From assembly GCA_964619365.1 (NCBI GenBank), contig CAZUDQ010000004.1, positions 1-64,000 of the forward strand: a stretch of DNA of 64,000 nt, in the 5' to 3' direction. Numbering within the stretch: the stretch's first letter is position 1; each line of letters opens with the position of its first letter. Made by a program: the position numbers and the translations under genes. The DNA comes from an uncultured archaeon (GTDB lineage Archaea > Altiarchaeota > Altiarchaeia > JAFGQM01). The notes below the pieces were generated by a model that saw only the letters and a list, made by a program, of their open reading frames with translations, made no database searches and had not been told where the DNA came from. Positions 1-9,899 of this stretch are shown here, piece by piece.

Positions 1-139
1 GTTGCAAAGAAAGTAGTTGCAGAAGAGACACCCAAGGCAAAGCCTGAAACCAAAGTTAAGGATGATGCGCCAAAGGAAGCTCCAGTTGCAAAGAAAGTAG
101 TTGCAGAAGAGACACCCAAGGCAAAGCCTGAAACCAAAG
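1..139 (+). repeat. 55-bp direct repeat (1-55 = 85-139), period 84 nt, in the S3 tail
   Basis: gttgcaaagaaagtagttgcagaagagacacccaaggcaaagcctgaaaccaaag occurs twice. Confidence 0.9.
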
Positions 140-144
140 CGTAA
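1..144 (+). CDS. rps3: C-terminal Lys/Ala/Glu/Pro-rich tail of 30S ribosomal protein S3 (partial, 5' end outside window)
   Basis: Frame 1 reads VAKKVVAEETPKAKPETKVKDDAPKEAPVAKKVVAEETPKAKPETKA to TAA at 142-144. The position directly before L29 is the S3 slot, so identity rests on synteny only. Confidence 0.7.
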   Translation, partial: VAKKVVAEETPKAKPETKVKDDAPKEAPVAKKVVAEETPKAKPETKA

Positions 145-145
145 A

Positions 146-352
146 ATGGCAATAATCAAATCAAGTGAGGCAAGGGAGATGACTCCCGATCAGATTGAAG
201 AGAAAATAAAAGAACTCAATACGGAAGTTTCAAAGATGAGAAGCCAAGTTCGTTCGGGCGGCGCGCCTGAAAACGGCGGCAAGTTAAGAGAAATCAAGCG
301 AACAATCGCAAGACTCAAAACAATTAAGTCTCAAAAAGTAAAAAAAGCGTAA
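146..352 (+). CDS. rpl29: 50S ribosomal protein L29
   Basis: MAIIKSSEAREMT...ENGGKLREIKRTIARLKT. True start is ATG 146 after the S3 stop. Confidence 0.95.
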   Translation: MAIIKSSEAREMTPDQIEEKIKELNTEVSKMRSQVRSGGAPENGGKLREIKRTIARLKTIKSQKVKKA

Positions 353-389
353 GCTTTTAATACCCCAAGCATCAAACTAAGCACATCAA

Positions 390-686
390 ATGTCAGATAT
401 TTGCGATAAATGTGGATTGCCCAAAGACCTTTGCGTCTGTGGAGAAATTTCGAAACAGCAGGCAAAGATTGTAATCCGCTCTGAAAAAAGGAGATATGGC
501 AAAAACGTGACGTTGGTTGAAGGTCTTGAGTCTGATCAAAAAGAGATCATGAAAAAACTTAAGGCCAAGCTCGCATGTGGTGGGACAGTTAAAAGCGGTA
601 TAATAGAGTTGCAGGGCAATCACGTCGTGCGGGCAAAAGTCGCCCTTATAAAGGAAGGCTTTCCCGAAGACACAATTGCAGCATAA
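390..686 (+). CDS. sui1: Translation initiation factor aIF1/SUI1
   Basis: CDKCGLPKDLCVC, KRRYGK, LACGGT, IELQGNH motifs; conserved position after L29. Confidence 0.95.
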   Translation: MSDICDKCGLPKDLCVCGEISKQQAKIVIRSEKRRYGKNVTLVEGLESDQKEIMKKLKAKLACGGTVKSGIIELQGNHVVRAKVALIKEGFPEDTIAA

Positions 687-964
687 TGATAACGCCTGAT
701 AACATAACAAGGCATGAGCTATTGGGTCTTTTGGTCAAGGTCCTTGGCGCAACAGACAGTGGACTTGTCGGGATTTCCGGTGAAATAACCGGTGAGACAA
801 GGAACACAATCACTCTCAAAAGCCCCACGGGGCAAAAAACGGTAGCAAAAGAGAAAACTTCTCTTTTGATCCACACTGACAGTGGCGATGAGTTACTAGT
901 CAATGGGTCACTCCTTCTAGGTAGACCCGAAAACCGCATCAAAAAAAGGCCGAAGAGGCTATGA
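686..964 (+). CDS. rnp1: Ribonuclease P protein subunit p29 (Rpp29/Pop4)
   Basis: HELLGL..V, GEITGETRNT, G..LLGRPENR; synteny. Confidence 0.93.
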   Translation: MITPDNITRHELLGLLVKVLGATDSGLVGISGEITGETRNTITLKSPTGQKTVAKEKTSLLIHTDSGDELLVNGSLLLGRPENRIKKRPKRL

Positions 965-982
965 TGCAAAAAACAAAACAGA

Positions 983-1282
983 ATGGCTGAAAAAGCTGTA
1001 GAAAACAAAGAGGTTCCCACGCAGGGGATTGCAACAAGAGGCTCTGTAATTGAGGGTGTAGTCATAAGTGACAAAATGCAAAAGACAGTTACTGTCCGCG
1101 CAGAATACATAGTAAAGGTTCAAAAATACGACAGGATGAAGCGTCGTCATTCAAAGATTAAGGCGCGCAACCCTCCTGAGATTGATGCCAAGGCAGGTGA
1201 TTTCGTAAAGATTGCCGAATGCCGTCCGTTATCAAAAGACGTTCACTTTGTTGTAATAGAAAAGAAATCCAAATCACAGTAA
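983..1282 (+). CDS. rps17: 30S ribosomal protein S17
   Basis: [28 protein letters not shown]. Confidence 0.96.
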   Translation: MAEKAVENKEVPTQGIATRGSVIEGVVISDKMQKTVTVRAEYIVKVQKYDRMKRRHSKIKARNPPEIDAKAGDFVKIAECRPLSKDVHFVVIEKKSKSQ

Positions 1283-1284
1283 AA

Positions 1285-1683
1285 ATGCAAGGAATTACCT
1301 CAAGTATATCAAGATGTTTGCCTATAGGGGCGCAGCTTACAGTTGCCGATAATACTGGCGCAAGAGTCTTTGAGATAATTACAATTAAAGGATATCGTGG
1401 AAAGCGCAGGCGCCTTGGCGCAGCAGGTATCGGCGATATGGTTATTGGAACTGCCAAAAAAGGCAAGCCAGAAATGAAACATCAAGTTTTAAAAGCAATT
1501 ATCATCCGCCAAAAAAAGGAATTCAGGCGTCCTGACGGGACGCGCGTAGAGTTTGCAGATAATGCATGTATCCTAGTTGATGATGAGGGCAAGCCGAAAG
1601 GTACTGAGATAAAAGGGCCTGTTGCAAAAGAGGCACTTGAGCGCTGGAAGCAAGTCGGAAGCAACGCAAAGATTGTAGTTTAA
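1285..1683 (+). CDS. rpl14: 50S ribosomal protein L14
   Basis: [33 protein letters not shown]; start ATG 1285. Confidence 0.96.
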   Translation: MQGITSSISRCLPIGAQLTVADNTGARVFEIITIKGYRGKRRRLGAAGIGDMVIGTAKKGKPEMKHQVLKAIIIRQKKEFRRPDGTRVEFADNACILVDDEGKPKGTEIKGPVAKEALERWKQVGSNAKIVV

Positions 1684-1697
1684 GATTAAATCTAATA

Positions 1698-2294
1698 ATG
1701 AAAATAAAAACTGTTCAGGCAAGAAAGCAGCGAAAGGCGCTTGCAACACTTACTCTTCACGAGAAGCATAAGCTTCTTTCAGCAACGTTCTCAAAGGAAC
1801 TTAGAGCAAAGTTTGACCGCAGGAACCTTCCTTTGCGAAAAGGAGATCATGTAAAAGTTCTTGTTGGCAGTTTTAAGGGAGCCGAAGGCGAGGTTATGAA
1901 AATAGACCTTAACGCTCTTAAGGTATATGTAGACAAAGTCGTATCAAAGAAGCGTGATGGGTCAGAAGTCCCACGCCCGATAAAGGCATCAAATCTAATG
2001 ATTACAGAACTTGATATCAGAGATAGAAAGAGACAGGCAGTCCTAGAAAGAAAGGTTTCAAAGACTGTTGTTGAAGCTGAAGTCAAGAAAGAAGAAGCAA
2101 AGCTAAAAGCTGAAGAAGAAGCAAGAATAGCCAAGGAAGCTGAACTCAAGGCAAAAGAGGACGCTGAAAAGGCAAAGAAAGTCGAAAAAGCAAAAGCTTC
2201 CAAGACAAAGGCTGGAGCCAAAGAGCAAAAGGATAAAGTTTCTGAAAAATCAATTGACCGTAAGACTAAAAAAGACTGGATAGCTGAGAAATGA
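1698..2294 (+). CDS. rpl24: 50S ribosomal protein L24 (uL24) with charged C-terminal extension
   Basis: RKQRK, PLRKGDHVKVLVGSFKG, RPIKASNLMITEL; about 80-aa K/E/A tail. Confidence 0.95.
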   Translation: MKIKTVQARKQRKALATLTLHEKHKLLSATFSKELRAKFDRRNLPLRKGDHVKVLVGSFKGAEGEVMKIDLNALKVYVDKVVSKKRDGSEVPRPIKASNLMITELDIRDRKRQAVLERKVSKTVVEAEVKKEEAKLKAEEEARIAKEAELKAKEDAEKAKKVEKAKASKTKAGAKEQKDKVSEKSIDRKTKKDWIAEK

Positions 2295-2992
2295 GCCACT
2301 TAAAATCACTTGCGTCGCCAAAGACGCTAAAAATACATAGGAAGGAGACTAACTGGGTGATGAAGTCAGCTCCGGGTGCGCATCCATTAAACGCTTCAAT
2401 ACCACTTGGCGTACTTTTGCGCAATCAGCTCGGTGTTGCTTCAAATAGAAAAGAAGTAAATTTCATTCTCCACAACAAGGGAATTCTTGTCAATGGCAAG
2501 GTTATAACAGAAGACAAGCTTCCGGTAGGTCTTTTGGATTTTGTTGAGATTGTTTCCTTAGAAAAAGTTTATATCATAAAAGTAGACCACAAGGGGCGAC
2601 TCTTTGCCGAAGAAGTCGACAAGACAAAGACTTCAGAAAAAGTTTCAAAGATTGTTGATAAGACAATGCTTAAGAGCGGCAAGATACAAGTCAATCTTTA
2701 TGATGGAAGAAATATTCTTATCGACGCAAAAGATTCAAAGAAGTACCCTGTTGGTGCAAGCATAGTCTTTAAGTTCCCGGAATTCAAGATATCCTCCATA
2801 CTAAAACGTGAAAATGGCAATTTAGCACTTGTTGCAAAGGGTCGCCACGCAGGAAAGATTGGGAAGATTGAGGACATATCAAAATCAGGACTTAACTTAC
2901 AAAGCCTTACGACAATCGATGTTGATGGCGAGAAAGTAATAACAAACACAGACTACATCTTTGTAGTTGGTGAAAAAGAGTCTAAAATATAA
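2291..2992 (+). CDS. rps4e: 30S ribosomal protein S4e
   Basis: HLKSLASP, PGAH...SIPL, QVNLYDGRN, GRHAGKIG. Confidence 0.96.
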   Translation: MSHLKSLASPKTLKIHRKETNWVMKSAPGAHPLNASIPLGVLLRNQLGVASNRKEVNFILHNKGILVNGKVITEDKLPVGLLDFVEIVSLEKVYIIKVDHKGRLFAEEVDKTKTSEKVSKIVDKTMLKSGKIQVNLYDGRNILIDAKDSKKYPVGASIVFKFPEFKISSILKRENGNLALVAKGRHAGKIGKIEDISKSGLNLQSLTTIDVDGEKVITNTDYIFVVGEKESKI

Positions 2993-2994
2993 GA

Positions 2995-3537
2995 ATGGCA
3001 GGTTCAGATTACGAGAAAGATTGGGAGAATCCCATGAGAAAGCCACATGTGGCAAAAGTAGTGCTTAATATCGGTGTTGGCTCAGGCGGCACAGATATGG
3101 AGCCAGCCATGAAACTCTTAACAAAGCTCACTGGAAAATCTCCAGTTCAGACATATTCAAAACACAAGATTCCGGCATGGGGGTTAAGACTAGGTCTTCC
3201 AATCGGGACAAAATTAACTCTAAGAGGCAATGAAGCCTACGATTTCCTTAAACGCTCGCTTTATGCGATTGAAAACAACATTAAAGAGAAGAGCTTTGAT
3301 AACCAGGGGAATTTTACATTCGGTGTTGAGCAGTACGCTTTTTATGAAGGTGTCAAGTACGACCCTGATATCGGAACAATGGGCCTCCAGCTTTCAGTGA
3401 CTCTCGAGCGTCCTGGTGCAAGGGTACGTTCAAGGAAGATAGACAAGACAAAAATCGGCAAAAATCACCTTATTGGGAAAGAAGAATCAATCGCTTATCT
3501 CAAAAAGGAATTTAACGTTAATATAGAAGAAGAGTAA
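2995..3537 (+). CDS. rpl5: 50S ribosomal protein L5
   Basis: [29 protein letters not shown]. Confidence 0.96.
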   Translation: MAGSDYEKDWENPMRKPHVAKVVLNIGVGSGGTDMEPAMKLLTKLTGKSPVQTYSKHKIPAWGLRLGLPIGTKLTLRGNEAYDFLKRSLYAIENNIKEKSFDNQGNFTFGVEQYAFYEGVKYDPDIGTMGLQLSVTLERPGARVRSRKIDKTKIGKNHLIGKEESIAYLKKEFNVNIEEE

Positions 3538-3538
3538 A

Positions 3539-3667
3539 ATGGCTGAGGAGAAAGTTTGTAGGATTTGCGGCAGAAAGCAGGCTGTCATAAGGAAATATGA
3601 CCTTAGAGTCTGTAGACAGTGCTTCAGGGAAGTAGCTAGAGACCTCGGCTTTGAAAAATACAAGTAA
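3539..3667 (+). CDS. rps14: 30S ribosomal protein S14 (zinc-binding, 42 aa; absent from the ORF track)
   Basis: [42 protein letters not shown] between L5 and S8. Confidence 0.95.
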   Translation: MAEEKVCRICGRKQAVIRKYDLRVCRQCFREVARDLGFEKYK

Positions 3668-3671
3668 AAAG

Positions 3672-4061
3672 ATGAAAAGGGACATACTAAACGACGCGCT
3701 CGTTGCAATAAAGAATGCAGAAGCTGTTGGAAAGCCTGAGGTAGTCTTCGGTCCGACATCAAAACTCTTATCAGGAGTCCTTGATATAATGAAGGGCTTA
3801 GGATACATCGAAGCTGTCGAGAACATAAATGATATTCGTGGCGGCAAGTTAAAGGTAGTCCTTAACCACAAGATTAACAAGTGCGGTGTCATAAAGCCAC
3901 GCTTTGCAATAAAACGCACAGAGTATGAAGGTTGGGAGCAAAGATATCTTCCTGCCGCAGACTTTGGTGTGATAATCGTTTCGACCTCAAGTGGTCTTAT
4001 GACTCACTACGATGCTAAAAAAGGAAACTTAGGCGGCAGACTAATAGCCTACATATATTAA
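3672..4061 (+). CDS. rps8: 30S ribosomal protein S8
   Basis: DILNDAL..IKNAE, INKCGVIKPRF, STSSGLMTH, GGRLIAY; start ATG 3672. Confidence 0.96.
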   Translation: MKRDILNDALVAIKNAEAVGKPEVVFGPTSKLLSGVLDIMKGLGYIEAVENINDIRGGKLKVVLNHKINKCGVIKPRFAIKRTEYEGWEQRYLPAADFGVIIVSTSSGLMTHYDAKKGNLGGRLIAYIY

Positions 4062-4072
4062 ATATTAAAAAG

Positions 4073-4609
4073 ATGTACTCACTTGAATTCGAGCTTCCCG
4101 ATGGCGTGCAGGCCGAGGTAAATGGAACCGAACTCTTTGTTCGTGGAAACGGCAAGGAGAACCAGCGTAAATTTAAAGCAAAGCATGTCACCATTTCTGT
4201 TGAAGGGAATAAGGTCTCTGTCGCAACGACCTCCACTAAAAAGGGGGACAAGGCGATTGTCGGGACAATACTTGGCCATATCAGGAATATGGCAATAGGT
4301 GTAAACGAAGGCTTTGAATACAAACTTAAGATGGTATATGCCCATTTCCCAATGACGATAAAAGTTCAGGGTGGCAAAATTTCAGTCGAGAACTTCTTAG
4401 GTGAAAAGACAGCGCGCAAAATAAACGTTGTGCCTAATGTTGATGTGAAAATTTCGGGTCAGGATATTACTATTACAGGATTCAATAAAGAGTCAGTTGG
4501 ACTCTGTGCAAGTCAAGTAGAGCAATTATGTAAAACTAAAAAGCTTGACCGCAGAGTATTCCAGGATGGAATCTACATAGTCGAGAAAAACGGCAAAAAA
4601 CTTGTATAG
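4073..4609 (+). CDS. rpl6: 50S ribosomal protein L6
   Basis: YAHFP, ENFLGEK, DRRVFQDGIY. Confidence 0.96.
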   Translation: MYSLEFELPDGVQAEVNGTELFVRGNGKENQRKFKAKHVTISVEGNKVSVATTSTKKGDKAIVGTILGHIRNMAIGVNEGFEYKLKMVYAHFPMTIKVQGGKISVENFLGEKTARKINVVPNVDVKISGQDITITGFNKESVGLCASQVEQLCKTKKLDRRVFQDGIYIVEKNGKKLV

Positions 4610-4611
4610 AA

Positions 4612-5121
4612 ATGGTTGAAGAGGATATTAAGCGGACTGAGAAGAAAGAGGTTTCAAAGAAGCCTGAGGTTTCAAAGAAGCCTGAGGTTTCAAAGAAGCC
4701 TGAGGCAAAAGTAGCTAAGACCGCATACAAGATGCCACGCTCAACAGAGTCTTCAAAGAATGCGCGTGAAAAGTCTCGTCTCGAAAAGAAGAAAGGTAAG
4801 TTCAAGCGTCAAAACGAGGGCAAAAAACTCCGTGTACCGCGGCGTTGGAGGACTCCAAGAGGAATTGACTCAGGACACAGAATTGACGAAAAGTCAAAGC
4901 CCGCACATCCGCGTTCAGGTTATATGACACCAAAGGCTGTCAAAGGTCTTGATGTTACAGGATACGAAACGATTAGAGTCTTTAATGTAGCGGAGTTAGA
5001 ACCGATTAACACAAAGACTCAAGCCATAATCATAGCATCCTGTGTAGGAAAGAAGAAGAGGCTTGAAATCCAGAAACTTGCATTGGAAAAGGCAATACCA
5101 GTACTTAACTATAAAGAATGA
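4612..5121 (+). CDS. rpl32e: 50S ribosomal protein L32e with repetitive N-terminal extension
   Basis: KFKRQ...WRTPRGIDS...P.SGY; synteny L6-L32e-L19e. Confidence 0.93.
   Translation: MVEEDIKRTEKKEVSKKPEVSKKPEVSKKPEAKVAKTAYKMPRSTESSKNAREKSRLEKKKGKFKRQNEGKKLRVPRRWRTPRGIDSGHRIDEKSKPAHPRSGYMTPKAVKGLDVTGYETIRVFNVAELEPINTKTQAIIIASCVGKKKRLEIQKLALEKAIPVLNYKE
4648..4701 (+). repeat. 18-nt tandem repeat x3 (EVSKKP)
   Basis: gaggtttcaaagaagcct repeated three times exactly. Confidence 0.9.
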
Positions 5122-5564
5122 GCAACTTAAGGAGTCAAAAGAGGATAGCATCAGAAGTGCTTGGTATCGGCAAAACTCGTGTTTGGATTAACCCTGGGGC
5201 AGCCGAAGAAGTTTCACAAGCAATGACGCGTGATGATGTTCGAGAGGCTGTAAACCAAGGTCTTATTCAAGAGAAGCCAAAGAAGGTACAGACTCGTGAG
5301 GGCGCAAAACGTCGCCTTGCTCTGAAGAAAAAGAGAAAAGGTATTGGCCAAGGAAAAAGGAAGGGTGGAAGTGGAAGCCGCCAGTCCAAAAAAGAACGTT
5401 GGATGAATCGCGTTCGCGCACAAAGAAAGCTCCTAAAGTCGCTTCGCGAGGGAGCGAAAATAGATGCTCACACTTATCGTATTTACTATTTGAGGGCAAA
5501 AGGAGGCAACTATTCCTCTTTAAAAAACTTAAAAGAGTCGATGAAGACAGATGGGGCATTATAA
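5118..5564 (+). CDS. rpl19e: 50S ribosomal protein L19e
   Basis: LRSQKRIA..VLGIG..RVWINP, WMNRVRAQR, Y.RAKGG. Confidence 0.96.
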   Translation: MSNLRSQKRIASEVLGIGKTRVWINPGAAEEVSQAMTRDDVREAVNQGLIQEKPKKVQTREGAKRRLALKKKRKGIGQGKRKGGSGSRQSKKERWMNRVRAQRKLLKSLREGAKIDAHTYRIYYLRAKGGNYSSLKNLKESMKTDGAL

Positions 5565-5571
5565 TTAAAAG

Positions 5572-6075
5572 ATGGCAACAGGACCAAAATATTCCGTGAA
5601 GTTTAGAAGGGCGCGAGACGGCAAGACAAACTATAAGACACGCCTTGCGCTTCTTAAGTCAAGGACCCCCAGGATGGTTGTTAGGATTTTCAACAAAAAC
5701 ATAACCTGCCAGATTATCGAGCACAAAAAGGATGGCGATGTCATTCTTGCAAGTGTATGCTCAAAGGATATCGCAAAGCTTGGATGGACTAGTGGCGGTT
5801 CGAATATACCTGCAGGTTATCTTATAGGCTACCTTTGTGCCAAAATAGCAAAGAAAGCAAAAATCAAGGAATGTATTCTTGACATGGGTCGCTATAATGC
5901 AGTAAAAGGCACAAAGCCTTTTGCAGTCCTTGCAGGCGCGATAGAAGGTGGTCTTACTATACCTTATGATGAGAACATACTCCCAATACAAGAGCGTTTA
6001 ATAGGTACGCACATCAATGAGAAAATACCCACTCAAGTTTCAGAAGTCAAAAAGGCAATTGATTCCAAATTTTAA
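5572..6075 (+). CDS. rpl18: 50S ribosomal protein L18 (uL18)
   Basis: MATGPKY.V.FRR.R.GKTNY..RL.LLKS, N.PAGYLIG. Confidence 0.96.
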   Translation: MATGPKYSVKFRRARDGKTNYKTRLALLKSRTPRMVVRIFNKNITCQIIEHKKDGDVILASVCSKDIAKLGWTSGGSNIPAGYLIGYLCAKIAKKAKIKECILDMGRYNAVKGTKPFAVLAGAIEGGLTIPYDENILPIQERLIGTHINEKIPTQVSEVKKAIDSKF

Positions 6076-6077
6076 AA

Positions 6078-6977
6078 ATGACAGCAGATCAGACTAAGGA
6101 AAACGTGGCAAAAGAGCCAGTCGCAGCAGAAGCAAAGGCTGCTGTTAATACTACACCATCTACAACACCATCTACTACACCTTCTAATAACAATAAGCCT
6201 GGCGGAGGATATAGACCCGGCGGCAATAATAGATCTGGAGGCAGTCAACAGCGCGGGGGTTACCAACAACGTGGAGGTGGCAGCCAAAAAGGAGGCTTCC
6301 GAAAGAAAACCGGCAACAGGCCACGGCGCAAGTTTGACGATGATGTAGACGTGATTTGGGTTCCAAAAACAAAAATTGGAAAACAAGTACTGGCTGGTGA
6401 GATAACGGATATTGATACTATCCTTGAAGCTGGAATCCCGATAATGGAGGTTGGCATAGTAAACAAGCTCCTCCCTGAATTAAATGAAGAAGTGCTTGAC
6501 GTCAGGCGCGTTCAGAGAACTCTTGACTCTGGTAGAAGAATGAGATTCTCAGTACTTGCAACAGCAGGTGACAAGAATGGACACGTTGGTGTCGGTATCG
6601 CAAAAGGTGTTGAAGCAGGCCCAACAATAAAAAAGGCGATAAACCGAGCAAAGCTCAATATTATTAAAGTAAAGCGATCATGTGCCTCATGGGAGTGTGG
6701 TTGCGGTAAAGAACACACAGTACCCTATAATATAACAGGGAAGATGGGTTCAGTCAAAGTAACGCTTAAGCCCGCACCAAAAGGCGTGGGTCTTGTTGCT
6801 GGAGATAACTCCAAAAAAGTATTAGAGTTTGCGGGAATAAGTGATGTATGGACTTCATCAAAAGGTCACACAAGGACTGTTATCAATCAGGTTCTTGCAG
6901 TATACGACGCACTGAAATCCGCGACAAGTTACAAGGAAGAAGCTTCAGGAAAACTTAAGAATAAATCCAAAGCATGA
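6078..6977 (+). CDS. rps5: 30S ribosomal protein S5 with Gly/Arg/Gln-rich N-terminal extension
   Basis: WVPKTKIG, QRTLDSGRR.RF, SWECGCG, L.PAPKGVGLVAG. Confidence 0.96.
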   Translation: MTADQTKENVAKEPVAAEAKAAVNTTPSTTPSTTPSNNNKPGGGYRPGGNNRSGGSQQRGGYQQRGGGSQKGGFRKKTGNRPRRKFDDDVDVIWVPKTKIGKQVLAGEITDIDTILEAGIPIMEVGIVNKLLPELNEEVLDVRRVQRTLDSGRRMRFSVLATAGDKNGHVGVGIAKGVEAGPTIKKAINRAKLNIIKVKRSCASWECGCGKEHTVPYNITGKMGSVKVTLKPAPKGVGLVAGDNSKKVLEFAGISDVWTSSKGHTRTVINQVLAVYDALKSATSYKEEASGKLKNKSKA

Positions 6978-7435
6978 TGGCAGAAAAAATCGCAATAGTT
7001 CGCGTACGTGGCGAATGTGATGTCAAGAAGGACATAAAAGATACCCTTAAAATGCTTGGTCTACAAAAGATCAACTGGGCAACTATAATTGACCCGACTC
7101 CATGTAACATGGGGATGATTAATAAGGCTAAAGATTTCATAACCTGGGGTGAAATTGACGAAAAGACTCTTGGAGCCCTCATCGCAAAATGGGGTCGTAA
7201 AGGAAGTGACAAGAGACTTGAGTCAAAAGAGGCCGAAGAACTTACAAAAGCAATCCTTGCCGGAAAAAGTACACTTAAGGATGCGGGCGTAAAAAAAGTC
7301 TTTAGGTTACACCCACCAACAAAAGGGCACCCTGCAGCTGGCATAAAAGTTCACGTTAACATTGGCGGTGCGCTAGGATACCGTGGAGCCAAGATAAATT
7401 CCCTTATCCAGAAGATGGGCGGGATAAAAGAGTAA
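6974..7435 (+). CDS. rpl30: 50S ribosomal protein L30 (uL30)
   Basis: IAIVRVRG, KDFITWGE, FRLHPP, GYRG..IN.LI. Confidence 0.95.
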   Translation: MMAEKIAIVRVRGECDVKKDIKDTLKMLGLQKINWATIIDPTPCNMGMINKAKDFITWGEIDEKTLGALIAKWGRKGSDKRLESKEAEELTKAILAGKSTLKDAGVKKVFRLHPPTKGHPAAGIKVHVNIGGALGYRGAKINSLIQKMGGIKE

Positions 7436-7456
7436 ATATTAATAATCATAATAAAG

Positions 7457-7909
7457 ATGGCACAAAAAAACCGCAAGATTCACACGAAGCGTGGAACGAG
7501 AAGCTGCGGATATGGATGCGCGCAAAAGCACCGTGGTGCAGGTTCAAGGGGTGGTCGCGGAAACGCAGGAACTAGCAAGCACCATCAAATAAAGGCACGC
7601 CTAGACGGCAAAGTCTTTGGAAAACACGGATTCAAACGTCATCTAAGCTTAATAAAAAAGGCTAATTACATAAACCTCTCAGAACTCAGTAAAAAGATTG
7701 AATCCTGGGTTGAAGCTGGATCCGCCAAAAAAATCGTCGGAGGCTTTAGTGTAGACCTTGGCGTCTTAGGATACGACAAGCTTCTGGGCGCAGGTAAAGT
7801 CACATTAAAACTTGAGGTAACAGTTGTCTCCTCTTCTGCAAAAGCAATAGAGAAGATAACTGCAGCCGGAGGAAAAGTAATTACCGGAGATGACGTCGAT
7901 TCTGTATAA
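7457..7909 (+). CDS. rpl15: 50S ribosomal protein L15
   Basis: RGTRSCGYG...HRGAGSRGGRGNAG, KLLGAG, AIEKI.AAGG. Confidence 0.96.
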   Translation: MAQKNRKIHTKRGTRSCGYGCAQKHRGAGSRGGRGNAGTSKHHQIKARLDGKVFGKHGFKRHLSLIKKANYINLSELSKKIESWVEAGSAKKIVGGFSVDLGVLGYDKLLGAGKVTLKLEVTVVSSSAKAIEKITAAGGKVITGDDVDSV

Positions 7910-9251
7910 GTTTGAGCCTCTCTACAGGCACTTTCCAGAGATAAAGCCTCCTTCGAGGCACATTACACTTAAAGAGAAGTTTATCTGGGTTGGCATTGCT
8001 CTTGTGTTATTCTTACTTATGGGGCAGATAACGCCTGTTGGCGCCGTTCAGGCCTCTGAAAGCAGTCTTGGTGTCTTACAGGTTGTTTTCGCATCAAACT
8101 TAGGTACTTTAATGTCTGTTGGTATCGGACCAATAGTTACAGCCTCAATCATACTTCAGCTTCTTGTTGGAGCAAAATTAATTAATCTAGATCTTCAAAA
8201 CCACGAAGATCGTGGCGTTTTCCAGGGAACCCAAAAACTTCTTGTTGTAATAATCGCTATTTTCGAAGCATACGCATTTACAAGTGTTGGTGCAATACCA
8301 ATCAGCGAACCTGGCAATATGACCCTAATAGTCATGGTCACATTACAGATAGCATTCGCTTCAATAATACTAATGTTCCTAGACGAGGTTGTCTCAAAGT
8401 GGGGCATAGGAAGCGGTATCGGGCTTTTCATCGCAGCAGGAGTATCTGTTGTAATAATCAACGGCGCGTTTTCACCTCTTGGTGATGGCACAGGCGGATT
8501 TATCGGAGACATACCAAACTTCTTTGCGCAACTGGCACAAGGCACTTTGGATCTTGTCCTCTTGTGGCCCATAGTTATGACTGCACTCGTATTCCTGGTA
8601 GTCGTATATTTTGAGTCCCTAAAAATCGAGATACCCCTTTCTTATGGCCGATTTGGGATAGGGGCGAGGTACCCCTTAAAATTCTTTTATACCTCCAATA
8701 TACCAGTTATCCTAGCCTCAGCCGTACTCGCAAATGTTGTAATATTTGCAGGACTATTTGGGCTTACAGTCAATGGTCAGATAGAGCAAGGAACCATACC
8801 ATATTATGTAACGGCAAATAATCTTCACGGAATACTGTCTCCTGCAAACATAGAGAGGCTATTTACGGCTCAGGAAATAATGCACTTGATAATCTACACA
8901 ATACTTTTCATAGGGTTGTGTGTACTGTTTGGCGTATTTTGGGTCGGAATGCAAGGTATGGATCCAGATACTGTCTCGGAACAGATGGTGGGGTCTGGAT
9001 TGCAAATACCCGGGTTTAGAGCGGATAAACGGGTCATAAAACGAGTACTTGAGCGGTATATCCCGCAATTGACTGTCGTTTCGGCAGTTTTTGTAGGGCT
9101 TCTTGCAGTTAGTGCAGATTTAACCGGAGCGCTTGGAAGCGGGACAGGAATCTTACTTACCGTGGGTATCTTATACAGGATGTATGAGGATGTCAAAAAG
9201 GAGCAGTTAAATGAGCTTTCGCCCGCATTAAGGAAGTTTATCGGCGGTTAA
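7890..9251 (+). CDS. secY: Preprotein translocase subunit SecY
   Basis: GIGPIVTASIILQLL, SKWGIGSGIGLFI, YTSNIPVIL, GLQIPGFR, GSGTGILLTVGI. Confidence 0.97.
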   Translation: MTSILYKFEPLYRHFPEIKPPSRHITLKEKFIWVGIALVLFLLMGQITPVGAVQASESSLGVLQVVFASNLGTLMSVGIGPIVTASIILQLLVGAKLINLDLQNHEDRGVFQGTQKLLVVIIAIFEAYAFTSVGAIPISEPGNMTLIVMVTLQIAFASIILMFLDEVVSKWGIGSGIGLFIAAGVSVVIINGAFSPLGDGTGGFIGDIPNFFAQLAQGTLDLVLLWPIVMTALVFLVVVYFESLKIEIPLSYGRFGIGARYPLKFFYTSNIPVILASAVLANVVIFAGLFGLTVNGQIEQGTIPYYVTANNLHGILSPANIERLFTAQEIMHLIIYTILFIGLCVLFGVFWVGMQGMDPDTVSEQMVGSGLQIPGFRADKRVIKRVLERYIPQLTVVSAVFVGLLAVSADLTGALGSGTGILLTVGILYRMYEDVKKEQLNELSPALRKFIGG

Positions 9252-9298
9252 GCTCTCCTTTTATTCAATTGATTTTCACTAATAATAAAATATACAAA

Positions 9299-9853
9299 AT
9301 GCTTTGTGTAGTGTTGGGAATACCTGGTGTCGGAAAAACGACAGTGCTTAATGCCGCGGCCCAAAAAGCCGAGATGAAGAGGCTTAATTTTGGAAACTAC
9401 ATGTTTGAGGTTGCAAGCGAGAAGAATCTTGTTACAGACCGCGACGACATGAGAAAGCTTCCAAGGAAAGACCAGAGAATGCTTCAGGAGGCAGCAGCAG
9501 AGAAAATAAATGCAGACTCCCGCGAGGGTAACTGCATCCTTGATACTCATGCTTCAATCAAAACACCAAAAGGCTACATGCCAGGGCTCCCAGAAGCCGT
9601 CTTAAGAAAGCTTGGACCTGACGCATTTGTCCTTGTTGAATGCGATGCAAGCGATATATTTAATCGCAGAAACCGCGACGCGACGCGCGTTCGTGACGGG
9701 GACACTATGGAGGCAATCACGGAGCATCAGATGATAAACCGATGTTTTGCAGCAACATACGCAGAACTTACAAATTCAACGCTTCTTATTGTTAAAAACG
9801 AGGAAGGAAAAGTCGAGGCGTCAGGCGAGAAAATCTCAAAAGTCTTTGACTAA
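9299..9853 (+). CDS. adkA: Archaeal adenylate kinase
   Basis: GIPGVGKTT P-loop, DRDDMRKL, DTHASIKTPKGY.PGLP; likely start ATG 9299. Confidence 0.94.
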   Translation: MLCVVLGIPGVGKTTVLNAAAQKAEMKRLNFGNYMFEVASEKNLVTDRDDMRKLPRKDQRMLQEAAAEKINADSREGNCILDTHASIKTPKGYMPGLPEAVLRKLGPDAFVLVECDASDIFNRRNRDATRVRDGDTMEAITEHQMINRCFAATYAELTNSTLLIVKNEEGKVEASGEKISKVFD

Positions 9854-9899
9854 TTCCTGATTATAAATTATTTTAATAGACTCTTAAGTAATCAAAACG

